Assembly (NCBI GenBank): GCA_013265495.1
Contig: MU058423.1
Coordinates: 2,805,061 to 2,869,060, forward strand
DNA: 64,000 nt
DNA from: Vicugna vicugna
Taxonomy: Eukaryota
Direction of reading: 5' to 3'
The notes beneath the pieces are model-generated. The model saw nothing but the letters and a program-made list of their open reading frames with translations. It did no database searches and had not been told where the DNA came from. Within the stretch, counting starts at the first letter, position 1, and each line of letters opens with the position of its first letter. This document shows positions 39,681 through 52,445 of this stretch, piece after piece. The position numbers and the translations under genes are program-made.

Positions 39681-40431
39681 CTAAAAATAACTTACATCTA
39701 TCTACACTCTGCTAAGCACTTTGCACAGATTACCTCTTTGAATCCTCACAACAACCCTATGGCTGTTGTCATCTCCATTTTACAGATGAGGAAACAGACC
39801 TGAGAGAGCCTGTGATGTGTTAGAAGTCACACAGCCAGTTGGTGATGGAGTCAAAAGTGAACCAGGGGTCCAGCTCCCTCCACTGCTACTGAGGGAGTGG
39901 AGAGGATGGGGCCGCCCCCACAGGGTCCAGATGACAAGGCTTTACAACTCAGTGAGGGTGGGAGCGGAGAGGGAGAGACCGGTTAAAGGTGTGCCGGTGA
40001 ATCAACTAATCCTGGGGCCCCTTCCTTTGGACCTGGACACCCTTGGATGAGCTCGAGGTCAGGAGCCGAGATGTCACCCAATCCTCCCAACAGAAGCTAG
40101 AGGGATGGTCTGGGCGGGGAGGGGCTGTTTGAAGCCCAAGTGCTCCCCTCTCTCCCTGGGGCTGTGTGAGAGGTGTCCTCTCATTCCCAAGATAACAGGG
40201 CCACCCTGCCCTCCTGCTGTGGCTATTCTGGGCCGCAGTCTGATCCCGCCTCTTCCCCTAGCCCCTGCTTCAGCCCTGCTGGGAGTAGCTCGGTGGGAAA
40301 AGGCCAGCCCAGTTACATAACCCTGTGGCTGGGACCCTAGGGAGGCCAGACCGGAGAGCGGGTGCTCACCCCCTCCCTGACCACCAACAGTGAAAATCTT
40401 CCTCTGGAGCCCAGCCTCGGGGTGGCCCAGC
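39681..40431 (+). promoter_or_regulatory. MYBPHL proximal promoter / 5'UTR with cardiac-type motifs
   Basis: MEF2 CTAAAAATAA 39681-90; T-box AGGTGTG 39987-93 and AGGTGT 40171-76; AGGTCA 40056-61; GATA AGATAA 40190-95; TTACATAA 40313-20 upstream of ATG 40432. Confidence 0.5.
39705..39865. mobile_element. MIR SINE
   Basis: Core ccattttacagatgaggaaacaga; further MIR copies near 750-900, 41520-41640, 42280-42370 and 62545-62720. Confidence 0.7.
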
Positions 40432-40560
40432 ATGGAGGCAGCCACAGCTCCGGAGGTGGCCCTGGGATCGACCCTGAAGGTGAAGGAAGCCAGCCCAGCC
40501 GAAGCTGACCTCAGCGGGGGGCCGGCAGCGCCACTCCCCAGCTCCTGCCCCCCATAGAAG
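40432..40560 (+). pseudogene. MYBPHL: MYBPHL exon 1 (MEAATAPEVALGSTLKVKEASPAEAD..., frameshifted)
   Basis: ATG frame reaches TAG at 40555-57; GAGSATPQLLPPIE is in a different frame; donor GTGACC at 40561. Confidence 0.85.
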
Positions 40561-43089
40561 GTGACCCATGGGGGTGGGGAGAGGGGAGGTCGACCTGTGG
40601 GAGTTGGGAGGATATTCTACCACCTGACTGCACCTCTGTGGTTCTGCAGAACTAAACAGCTTCATGGGATTGGTACTCGGGGTAGAGGAGCATCCTTTGG
40701 AGCCCCCACCCCCTTCTTCGGTGGATTCTTGCTTGCTGTTCAAGTGTCTTTGCTGGGTTTTTGCTTTTTACCTGAGAAGTCAGTGAATGGAGTTGTGGCA
40801 CTTTACAGTGACTTATAGTGATAGGTTTATATTATTACCTTTTAAAAATGTCTTGTCACAGGGACTAGGAGGACCTGATATACTAAGGCCAGTCAGAAAG
40901 GGAATGAGGGATGAGAAGAAGGAAATGAAAAGCTTCTAGCCACTGAGAGGCTAAGTGGTGAACAGTATGTGACACTCTGTGTCACCCTCAGCAGTGCCAT
41001 GGGTCCGGGACCAACCCCAAAACCCCCACCCCAGGAAATGTCAGCCTCTCCAAGTCTGAGCTCCATGGAAGCAGAGCCCCTTGGGGAGAAGCATTTGGCT
41101 TCTCCTCTGTGGTCCCTGTGAGCCTCTGAGTAAAGAGACATTTTCAAGCTTGGAGGTGGTGGGTGCCCCTTCCAGCCCCAGGTTTCCCTGCCAGCAGCCT
41201 TGCCACCCACCCCAAAAACTGCCCCTGGCTGGGGCCTCCATAGCTAAGAGCTCTGGGACATTCAGCTGGGGTGTCTCCCACTGCACCTGGCCCAGCCAAC
41301 GGAGGTGGAAGGCAGGAGCCCAGCTTTTCCCTTCTCCCAACTGGTAATTGGGGCTGCATGAAACATTTAAAACAGTTCCCTGCACAAAGTCCCCTTGACT
41401 TCTGGTCCCTTGACCTCTTCAATGCAGAAGTTGCAAAGACCACAAACAAGGCACCATGGAATCCCAGGGTCAGGAGAGACAGAAGGAGAAGACAAGATCT
41501 AGATTCAATTCCCAGTGCTGCTCCAGCAGCTCCGTGACCTTGGCCAAGCCCAGTTTCAATTTCCTGTCTGTAAAATGGTGACTAACAATATCTACCTGGT
41601 AGGGTACTTGAAAGGATTGTTGAGATAATCCAAAGTGCCTTGGAAGAGGCCAAACCAAGATGTGAATAGATAATAAAATATTTCCCAGTCAGGGGTGAAG
41701 ACTGAGTTCTACCTGCAAATAGAGTTCTGCAGGGTGTGCTTGTTGCTTCTTATCATCCTAATGGAAGATGTTAAGTTTTCAGAAGCTGTCTGAATGTCAA
41801 GCGCAGAGAGCTGGCTGAGTTTGCCCCACTGAACAGTAAGTAAAGGCAGCAGAAGTTATTGGGAACATATCAGGCTGGGATGATCTTGAGGCAGAAAAGC
41901 AGTTTCTTTCCCTGACGGTCCAGGGAATAAAACATAAGTCACAGGCAGAGAGAGAATGAGAACCGGGATGACCCCCTGACTGCTCGTCTCCACGAAACCC
42001 TGGGGGATGGCACTCGCCTCTCCCACACTCCTCCCTCTGGTCACAGGGTGAGTGCTGTGGACAGTCGGCCCCTGACAGCGCCTGGCGGGGCCCACAAGGG
42101 CAGCCTGAAGAGCCCTGTTCTCATGCATGGTGGCTCTGCACTGCGGGCTCAGGGGCACCAGCATTTAGAGGCTCAACCCAGCAGCATCCCAGAGGTCGCT
42201 GGCAGTGAGGACCCCTTGTGACACTCTGCATAGTGTATTCGCACCTGTTATCCAGTTGGAAAAAGAAGACATGGATTCGAGCCCTAGCTCTATCCTGTGA
42301 CTATAGGCAAGGCAATTCACCCCTCTGGACTTCCATTTTTTCATCTGTAAATTGAGGGGTTGAACTAAATCAGGGTTCTTAACCTTTTAATAGATTCAGA
42401 CCCCTAGGAAAATCTGATGAAATCTGTGGACTCTTGCCCCAAGGAAAATACTCAGCAAAATTCAGGGAGTTCACAGAATCACTGAAGCCCATTCAGAGGT
42501 CTTCAGGGTGCCATGGCACAGGCCCCCAAGCCAGCGCCCCCAAGCGAGCACCAAGAACTTTTCCTTCCTTGTAACTCCTCCTCTTCCTTAGAGGGAGCTC
42601 TATGGGACCTAGAGAGCCCTTGCAGTGAGCAGGTAAGCAGATGTGAAATAGAGCAAGCATCAGAAGCAGAAATTAATTTGCAGTGTCAAAACAAACTGCA
42701 ACTGGCCAACACTATCTGAGCTGTTAGTCAAGAAAGCCCACTCCACGGCTAAATAAGCAGAAGTAGGTGGCCAGCACTGGGAAACCATCCTCTGTCACCC
42801 TCAGCACTACTCAGAGACACAGTGTCCCAGAGGCAATGCTGGGCAGGGGCCAGAGGAGAGCTTCTGCAATAGTGAGAGGCTGGGGGACAGGCTGCCCCCT
42901 GACACGGAGAAGACGAGACCCCGAGACCCAGAGGGAGAGCCCATCTCTGCTGATTCAGCACAATTGCTCCGCCTGACCATGTGTCCTCTTTCAGTCTGGA
43001 CTATTCTGTCTCCTAAGCTTGCAATGCTGAGTCCCATGCCTGGAAATAACCTTCCTCCCACCCTCCTTCCCTTCCTATCTTCCTTCTTC

Positions 43090-44790
43090 CTTCTACAAAT
43101 AGTTATTTTGTGTCTATTATGTGCCAAGCACTGATACAAAAATGAACAAAATAGGCACAAACAACTTCCCTCTTGGAGATTACATTCTAGTGTAAAAAGA
43201 TAATAAATAAATAAGCAAATAAAATATATAAAATACCAGATAGTGCTAATGCTGAAAAGTAAAGCAGAGAAAGAAAGTGTTAGGGGTGGCAAGCATGTTT
43301 GTTGATTTAAACAGGATATTCAGTGAAGGTCTCGTTTAATAAGGTGATTTGAGCAGCAACTTAGAGGAGATGAGAGAGCAATGCGTGCAGGTATTTGGGG
43401 GGAAGGTTTTCCATGTACTGACAACAGTAAGTGCAAAGGCCCTGAGGCAGGAGTGTGCCTTATGGATTGGGGCCACTGTGACTGTAGCAGAATGAGGGAG
43501 AGAATAGCAGGTTTGGTGTCAAAGAGGTAGCAGAGCCATTGTGAACACTGGTTCAACTCTGAGACCAATGGGTAGCCAGTACAGAGTCTTAGGTGAGAAC
43601 TGACATGATTAGGTATAGGTTTTAAGACTTTTCTGACTGCTTAGTTAACAATAGGCTATAGGCAGGCCTTAGACACTAGCAAGACTGTCAACTCAGAATA
43701 AGGATGCAGGAGAAAGTATGGAAGTTTTAGAAGAGGAGGGTGTGCAACAGTCCCCCAGGAAAACAGGAAATTGAATGAACTAGAATGGCCAAGGTCAATT
43801 TGGAAGTAGCGGCCATCAATTTAAAGTCAGCATAGTTTTGTGTTTTTCCCCAGTTATGTTTGGCTGTGAGGATGCAGGCTCTGAGTGGGTGGAAAGTATT
43901 TAGCTGGGGTTGGGTATTGCTAGGAGGATGCAATGAAATAGAAAAGGATTAAAGGATCTGAGTGGGTATGCAAGGGAGTGAGTATAATGACGACCATGGA
44001 ATCTAAGTTGGGTGGGAAAAAAAGTGTTAAGATGAGAGAGGGTGATAGAGAGTGAACGAGTGGGAGGATAATGGATCAGAGGTCTCAGTGCGCTGAAGGG
44101 TCACTGCTGGAGGAGCACTAGAAGGGGCAAGCTGGAGGGATAGAGACTGTCAGGGCAAGCTAGCTGGTGAAACAAACAGGCCTCAGAGTCTAAGGCTCAA
44201 ATACAACAAATGTTTATTTCCTACTAGCAAAACAACCAAAAGCAAGTGTTCCTACTCAGTGGCTAGTTCTCTGCACTAACCGAGGGCTCTGGGTCTCCTC
44301 CATCTCATGGCTCCGCCATGCCTTCGGGCCCCATGACCATCTGCATACAGCTAGCAGAGGGGAAACTGAGAACTTACTTATTAAAACCCGTGGCTCAGAA
44401 GTCTCACTGGCAAGAACTAGTCTCATCGTCACAGAGCAAGGGGGACAGCCCCTTCTCAGAGAGGACTATACTACAGAAGAGGCTATGGGTAGACATTTCT
44501 GTAGGCAGTTAGACATCTCTGTCATGGAGGTGGTGCTGAGAGAGTGGGATGCTTGAAATTCAGATTCTAGAGGGGCTGCAGTTATTGGTGTAGAGAATGA
44601 CCAGAGGAACCAGGGGCTGAGGCAGGGGAGGACAAAAGTCACTAGAGGACTGGCGGGCAAGGATGTGAGAGGCCCTGCAGGTACAGGAAGGATGGGTGTT
44701 GAGATCACCAGGAATCATGACTGGAGCAGTGCTGGGTGAGTGACACAGAGCTAGGGCCAAAGTCAGCAGCATGAGGGGGAGACTGCCACA
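43090..44790 (-). mobile_element. Fragmented L2 with a nested MLT1-like LTR piece (~44160-44480)
   Basis: tattatgtgccaagcactg, agtgcaaaggccctgaggcagg; boundaries approximate. Confidence 0.5.
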
Positions 44791-47700
44791 AGGGGAGGGG
44801 AGCTGGGGTCTTCTCCTCAGAGACCTGTTGCTTAGTTCTGTCCTTTTATTTTTTTGTTTTTTGACCTTAGTTTCATGGTCTTCAAGGAGGTGACACTCTT
44901 GTCTTTCAAAAGGTGCTTTTGAAGTCACCACACTTCTGTCCATCACACTCCTCCAGACAGGTTTCTGATAAGGTCAAGGCCACACCCTACATGTCTACTA
45001 ATGTTTCTAAGTGAAGAAATGCTGGTACTTTTTGGATCCCTGGAAATTCCTTGGTTTTTTGTTTTTTGTTTTTTGTTTTGAAAGCTATAGCTCACTTTGC
45101 CTTTGCCCTCTTTTGGTAACCACTCACCCACACAGGCCTGTGCACGTGTGTGCGTGCACACACACGTACTTGCATTTTTACACACTCTCACATACATGCA
45201 CGCACACACACAGACTCTTTGAAGGTGTCTGTCTTGTTCACTCTCCCGGCCATAATTAATAACATCAATCTGAACTACACAGTTCTTGGGGAATCTCTGG
45301 AGGAAAGTCTTCAGCCATGTGAAACCAAGTTATGAGGGGATATGAACAATTATTTCCCATGAGCGGAGAATAAGGAAATGGGTATAAAGTTCAGCAGAAT
45401 GAAATCAGGGTAGAATTAGGAGGGATTTTCTAATCAAGAGGAGCTGAGGTCTCTGAGCTTTAAGTAGTCTCCTTCTCCACTAATTTTTAAGAAAGAATTA
45501 GACAGGGTCTCTGTCTGAGAGAAATTCAGTGCTGAGAGCAGCACAGCTCAGAAGCCAATGGCTCTCAAAAGACTTTCCGAATGCCTTTTCCCTAAGACTC
45601 TGTGAAGGAGAAGACCAAGTGGCAGCTGTCACAGACTTGGTCTTAGAAAACCGAGGTTCTGCTTTAGGGCTCCAGTCTGGTTCACATCCCTCCTGGCGTC
45701 TGAGGAGGAGAAAGACCTTGGGCGCCAGGGAAAGCCATGCTTCTCCAAGGTCAGTACAATTAACGCCTCACTTGACTGCGGATGTGTGGAAAGAGATGCC
45801 CCACATGAGCCCTCCAATTATCATTCTTAGCAAAGGGTCAGATGGCTCTTGTTTGCTGGGCAGACCAAAGGCCTGGCTTGAGCTGAGCGAGAGCTTGCTG
45901 CCACCCAGGCACCTGGAGCTGTCACACACTCTTCTGCCACCTCCTGCACTTTGTCAGCGGCTTTGACCTCAAGCTCATCCCACTGGGGGCTGGGAGACTG
46001 CTGAGAGCAGAATCCTCGCCTACTGATCCTCAGAGTTGGCGCATTCTAGTAATTAAGTTTGTCCCCTATCGATTCATCTTCTTGTCCAGGAACCCCACTT
46101 ATACGCAAAGAACTGGCCCAGGAGCCCTCCAGGGAGGAAGAGACCACCATCCTAGCTGTCAGCTTTCTCCTCTGTCTCTCTGTCCCTGCTGGGATCCCCT
46201 CTGGATCTCAGGGCCAGCCTAATTCCCCCATGTTAGCTTATGTTCCAAATAAACTTATTTCTTCGATTTTTCTCCTTAGTTCAGGTGAAACAATGCTAAC
46301 CTTTTCCAAGGTCCTTTTCTGAGAAGCATTAAGTGGGAACACACATCAGCATGCACCTACCTGTAGAAGCCCACTTCCTACCTGAGGTCTAACCAGAGCA
46401 GCACTCATTTGGCACATCCTCCAGGCGGGACAGCCTGGCTTCCTTTCCTCACCTCAACCTTTTCAATCCTTGAGTGTGTCCCCCTGCCTTCCCTTCTTTG
46501 CCTCTTCCCTCCAGTGGTAAGATCACTGCCAGAGCCCAGACTCCAGTGCCCAGTTCCCAGATGGACAATGGAGGGCAGGTAAGTGGACAGATACACTGTC
46601 AAGCTCAGAGAATGGTCCTTTAGACATACTTTCAAGATGGGGAGGCAGGAATCCTGGTGCCAGCACAGCTTCACAACCGGCCAGGAGATCTGCAACAAAT
46701 CTGTTTCTCTCTCCCAGCCCTTTCCTTTCAGTCTTCTTGTTCTGGGTGCTCAACAAGGTCCTTCATAACTCAGATGTTCTGGAGGCAGAGCAGGGGACAG
46801 CAGGGCTGGCTTCTCTCCAGGCCTCTCTCCGGCAAGCGTGAAGCGTCATTTCCTCACCCAGCAGCGGGGGAACCAAGCCCAAGATGAGGTTTCAACCCTC
46901 CTTTTCAATTGCCACCCTCTTTTTTCAGAAAACCCTTAAGTCACATCCGCCTGTTCTCAACACCTTGGTCACTTGCCAAGATGGCCACAGGAGAGGAACA
47001 CATCACACAACACTTCTTCTGTTCTTCATGCCCCGCCTCCTCCCAAACCGTCAAAGTCGGACAGAGGGACGCCAGACAGGGTTGTTCAGCCGCCTGGGCT
47101 CCGTGCTGAGTCTTTGCTGAGCCACTCAGGCAGGACGGCGCTCAGGGCACAGCGGGGCCCCGGGTCACTCAGTGCCTGTCTTGGTCGGGGCAGGGGTGAG
47201 GCACAGTCTAAGACAGCACAACCCAGGTTAAAACATAAGTCACAAGGGAAAAAGGAAACTAGGTAAATATAATGGATAGCATGCGCTGAATATTTGTGCT
47301 TATATTCATTTTACAAAGGCCAGCTGATGTGAAGATGGTAATGGAGGCAAACTACAGGTGTGATCTAAATAATGGTTTACAAATTGAGGTGTAGGAAGAA
47401 CTTCTTAGAATCTTCATTTATTCTATTTTAAATTTCATCTTTTAAAATTCTGCATTATGTAATATACATTTTAAACAGTTTAATTCGTAAGTAAGCATAC
47501 GTATATTGGGGTGAATGTTCAGGAATGTACTTACAGGGAAATAAATATCAGAAAGTCTGGAATCTGCTATCAAGCCGTTGTGCTGTTTGTCACGGTTGTG
47601 GACTAGGGTGGAGTTCTTCCAACTGCTGGGAATGAATTGTGGAGAGGGGCCAGGGAGTCGGTGGGATCGAAGTTCTGTCACACTCCACGTAAGACAGCAG

Positions 47701-48656
47701 CAGCAGGGGACTGTCTTTGCCTGAGAAAGGAGGAGACAGGACCCCCAGAGGGCCAGAAAGTGGAGTAGGTCTCAGCCAGGCCTCCAAGGGACCCCAGGTG
47801 GGATGTTTGCATCTCCTCAGCCAAGACTGACCGAGGTATCCCAAGAGGAAATTACATCTGGTCATTTTCCAAACGTTACACTCAGCACTTCCCTGAGCAT
47901 CTCCTATCTTCATCCTGGGGGCCAATAAAACATAATCTAATCTCTCCTCTCACTGGAACACGCCTGGAAGATCAAGGGGAAGTGAGAAGAGGACCTAATC
48001 TTCCCCAGATTCTAATCGTACAAAGTGATCCTCCACAAACTGGAAGACACTGTGCAGGCCCCTGAACAGGGCGGCTCCACAGAGGAAGGGACCCAGACAC
48101 CAGCTCCCTCTGCAGTGACACCAGTTCTGTTCTTGTGGGTCCAGGGTGTTGCCTCTACCTGCAGAATGTAAAGCTTTCTCCTCGGGGTCTGGCACCAAAC
48201 TGGGGAGCAGGGCTGACACTTGGAGGTCAGGATTAACATTGAAAGTGGCCTTGATTAAAGGAGTGTCGTTGAGGACAAATGTAGAAAAGGGGTGGAAAGA
48301 CAAACCACACAGACTGGACTAGCCTGTGCACAAACAGAGAAAAGAAATCTCAGTCAGTGAAAAGTCAGTGGATGAGAGTTACAAAGTAGGAGAAGCAGGC
48401 GTCAGGCTTGCACTTCAGTGTTCTTTCTGCCACCACTTTAACGCTCTCTAGAGGAGCCTTCAGCCAGTTGCTCATCCCTAAATCCCAGCGAGACAGTGGG
48501 AGCGATCTTCCCATCCCCTGAGAAAGGGCTTAGTTTGCTGTTGCCTGGGTCACCTGCCCAGGGAGCATGGCTGGATGCAGCACCCACTTCCTCTGAGTGC
48601 TACTCTTCCCCCTACAGGAGGCTCACCATCCCCTGCTCTCTCTTTCCATCACTCAG

Positions 48657-48745
48657 AGCACCCCAAGATCTGGCTCCCCCAGGCCCTGAGGCAGACCTAC
48701 ATCCGGAAGGTTGGAGACACTGTGAACCTACTAATCCCATTCCAG
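48657..48745 (+). pseudogene. MYBPHL: MYBPHL exon 2 ([30 protein letters not shown])
   Basis: CAG/GTGATG boundaries; 89 nt; start of the Ig domain. Confidence 0.9.
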
Positions 48746-49311
48746 GTGATGATGCCACACTCCATGCTGAGTCCACGGGTGGGACCAGGCCAGGGTTTTG
48801 ATTTGGAAATAGAAACCAAGAGTCCTGCTAGCAGTAGGACAGTCACCCTAGCTTTGAATGGAAGGGGCATGTCACCAGAAGTTTGAGGCCAAATGGCCCT
48901 TCCATCAGCTCTCCCGAGGGGGGTTTGGGTTGGGTCAGGTCTGGTCATGGGTCAGGTCATGCCCCATGTGATGACTTGAGGCTAACCCACGCCCTTCGGT
49001 CAGCAGAGGTCTGGGGGCTCTCAGTTTCGAGGGCTCTCGGGAGTTTGGGCAGCTATTGTTAGTCCCAGCTTCCCTGGGTGTCCATGACCCAGACTCTCAG
49101 TGGGAGACTCAAAGCCGTCCCCCTTTCCCATGGTCCTGAGGCTGTTGCTGAGAGATGGGAGTCCCCTGGGACAGTCCACCAACCTCTCACTCAAGGAATT
49201 TGCAGCTGTGTATCAAGTCACCATGTGGACCTGATGGATCTGACCCCTCCCGCAACCAAGAGGGGCAAGAGGCCTCTGGGGGCCATTCACAGCCTTCTTT
49301 CCATTTCTCAG

Positions 49312-49507
49312 GGTAGACCCAAACCTCGAGCCATCTGGACACATGATGGCTGCGCCTTGGACACCAGTCGTGTGAGTGTGCGGAATGGGGACCATGACTC
49401 CATCCTCTTCATCCGAGAGGCCCAGCGTGCCGACTCGGGTCGCTACCAGCTCAGTGTGCAGCTGGGCAGGCTGGAGGCCACTGCCACCATTGACATCCCG
49501 GTGATCG
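49312..49507 (+). pseudogene. MYBPHL: MYBPHL exon 3 ([13 protein letters not shown]...IDIPVI)
   Basis: CAG/GTACAG boundaries; 196 nt; Ig I-set DSGRY motif. Confidence 0.9.
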
Positions 49508-49702
49508 GTACAGTCAGGGGAATGGGAGATGGGTTGGTTCTCAGGGGCTCCCTCTCCAGCCTGAGGAGGAGCCAGCACATAGAGCTGGGAAAGTGGGGCT
49601 GTGGGATGCAGTGGTGGGTGAAGGGTGGGGTGGCTGAGCAGAAGAGGAGGGACCCTCCTGGAGTGATGTCCTCAAGTCTGCTGGCATTCTTGGCCCTTTC
49701 AG

Positions 49703-49842
49703 AGAGGCCGGGCCCTCCTCAGAGTATCAAGCTGGTGGATGTCTGGGGCTCCAGCGCTGCCCTGGAGTGGACACCACCCCGAGACACGGGCAACGCGGCA
49801 CTCCTAGGATACACGGTGCGGAAGGCTGACACTAAGTCTGGG
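49703..49842 (+). pseudogene. MYBPHL: MYBPHL exon 4 ([16 protein letters not shown]...DTKSG), donor mutated
   Basis: 140 nt, N-half of the FN3 domain; followed by ATGAGG instead of GTGAGG. Confidence 0.88.
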
Positions 49843-49981
49843 ATGAGGCCCAGCTGGGAGGAAGGGGAAGACGGACAGCACGTTCTGGAATGGGGTTCTG
49901 GGATCTGTACTGGGTGGGCTGAGCTGGAGTGAATTCACAAAACTAGGGTGTCATTCAAGGCATCTTCTCGGGACCCCACAG

Positions 49982-50141
49982 CTGTGGTTCACGGTGAAGG
50001 AGCGCTCTCACCGCACCAGCTGCACAGTCTCCAACCTCATCGTCGGCAACTCCTATGCTTTTCGAGTCTTTGCTGAGAACCCGTGTGGGCTCAGTGAGAC
50101 AGCCCCTATCGCTGCCGACCTGGCCCACATCCAGAAAGCAG
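49982..50141 (+). pseudogene. MYBPHL: MYBPHL exon 5 ([14 protein letters not shown]...HIQKA)
   Basis: CAG/GTAAGA boundaries; 160 nt; FN3 YAFRVFAEN motif. Confidence 0.9.
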
Positions 50142-50242
50142 GTAAGACACTGTGACTTGGAGCCAGGAAGAGTTAAGGGTGCAGAGGTGAAGAGGGATGG
50201 GGCGCTCAGGCACTACGGCAAGGCCCTATTTGGCCTCCTCAG

Positions 50243-50379
50243 CTACCGTTCACAAGACCAAGGGTTTTGCTCAGCGAGATTTCTCTGAAGCCCCGAAGTT
50301 CACCCAGCCTCTGGCGGACTGCACTACAGTCATTGGCTACGACACCCAGCTCTTCTGCTGCGTCCGCGCCTCGCCCAAG
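50243..50379 (+). pseudogene. MYBPHL: MYBPHL exon 6 ([24 protein letters not shown]...RASPK)
   Basis: CAG/GTGAGC boundaries; 137 nt. Confidence 0.9.
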
Positions 50380-51402
50380 GTGAGCAGGGAGGTCTGTGGG
50401 TGGCTGTGCTGTGCTGCTTTCTGCTCCTGCTCTAACCTTCGCTGTGTCCAAGGAGATTCTAACCAAAACATTTGTTCCTGTCCCCATCATCTGCCTCTTC
50501 CACATCAAGTTTCATCAGAACACTCAGGGCACTGGAGTCCAAGACAGGCTGATGTGGAGAATATTTCCAGTTTTCCTTGAAGTGTTTGTGCCTTGTATAT
50601 GGAGATGTCACTTTCTGACCTGCTGGCAATTGGGCATGAGCTTCAAAATTGTTTCTCTGGCAGGGGTGATGGAGTCCTGTTGGTTTCTCCTTGCTCACCC
50701 CCAATGCTCATCTGATCAGGGTGACTGTGCACATGCTAGCTGCCTGGAGTTTAGCCTTTGGCCACAACCCGACTTACAATCTATTGGTTTATTATGTTTA
50801 CAATCTAGGCTCTGTACTCCACACATGGCATAAAACACCATGAACACCTTCACCAAGTACCTGTTGTGTATTAGTCTTGGGCCAGACCACAGGGAGCTAA
50901 CATCTCAGAAAGGGTATTAATAAGCCCACTCTATAATCTACTTTCTAACCAGAGGGGACAGGAGTGACTCCTGAGCCAAGGGTGGGGATAGACTGTCAGT
51001 GATTCAACAATGTATATATGAAAAAGAGGAGGTTCTGACACCCAGCGCTTCTGGTCCATGAAGGGTCTGCTTGAGCAGGATGGAACAGAAGAAACACCCT
51101 TTTTCTAGTCAGGAATACCTGATGAACAAGGCAAGGTCTCTTTTCAACCAAGAGAAGGAGCTTGGGAGGCTGCTAAGATACCGGCAGGAAAACCCCTTCG
51201 CAAACGTCAGGGATAGGGAGCTTTCCAGAAGGCTGTTACCTCTCCCAGATCCCTGTACCATCTGTTCTTAAATCACCCTACTCCTACTGTTCCCCTGGCC
51301 AGTGTGTCCCCAAGCCTTGAAGGCAAAGAGTCCCAGAGACTGAGCACAGAGAGAACAATTGGTTCTTACCACCCCTTGCTGCCCCCTCACCTTATCTTCC
51401 AG

Positions 51403-51589
51403 CCGAAGATCATCTGGCTGAAGAACAAGATGGATATTCAAGGCAACCCCAAGCACAGAGCCCTCACCCACCTGGGAATCTGCTCCCTAGAAATCCGCAA
51501 GCCTGGTCCCTTTGACGGGGGCATCTACACGTGCAAGGCGGTTAATCCCCTGGGGGAGGCGTCCGTGGACTGTCGGGTAGATGTGAAAG
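51403..51589 (+). pseudogene. MYBPHL: MYBPHL exon 7 ([13 protein letters not shown]...CRVDVK)
   Basis: CAG/GTAAGG boundaries; 187 nt; Ig [11 protein letters not shown] motif. Confidence 0.9.
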
Positions 51590-52445
51590 GTAAGGGCAGA
51601 ATTCACACTTTAGAGTGCATCACCTCCTCCCTCCATAGGTGGAAAAGTGGAGAGCAGAGACACAAGCCTATAGGGAGGAGGGCTCGGCTCGCTTCCCCCT
51701 TCAGGCCTTCTCATCACTGTCATCATCAGGATATATTTGAGGAGCTGTCTTTATCCACTATCTCATTTTTCACCATCATAATTCTTAATATAGGAAGAAT
51801 TGCTTTCTGTTCTTCAAAGGAGAAACCTGAAGCACAGAGAGGTAATCAATCGGTTTACTGGAGATTTCCAGTGTTGGTTAATTGAGGAGCTGGTACTACG
51901 ATGAAAATAGGCCAAGTCTCCTGGACCTCACCTGGATCGTTTTTCTTTAATCTATACAATCTTCTGACTCAGTCCAGGAGGGCTATAGCTCTTTGTTGGG
52001 CTTTAAAGCAAACTAGAGGACTTCCTGTCTCTGATTTGTTAAGAGGGACTATTGCACATCCTCTCTACCTCTTTTAAAGTATTCATTCATTTATCCATTC
52101 TTGTCACCTTGCTTAGATCTCCATCATTGCATTTAGCATATTATTTTATAGGTATCTATTTACTGATCTGTTTTCCCATAAACTGTGAGAATTTCAAGGG
52201 CAGGGACCATCTTTTTCGCCTTTGTCCCCCAGTGTCGAGCCCAATTTCGGACACACAGTGGGCATTCTCTAAGTATGTGTAGTATGAATCAGGAATGATT
52301 GGCCATTACAAGTCCTATTCTTCCCTATGCATAGACTAATTAGCACCATGGACTCCCGAAAAACCTGGAAGTATATCCCTTCCCAATGCTCCAAAAGAAG
52401 GTTTCCCAGAGATTTTAACAGTGAAAAATGTCTAAATTCTTGCAG

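Noticed and set aside
49078..49932. 284-aa ORF as a novel single-exon gene
   Set aside because: It is MYBPHL exons 3-4 plus intronic read-through, and it starts at GTG.
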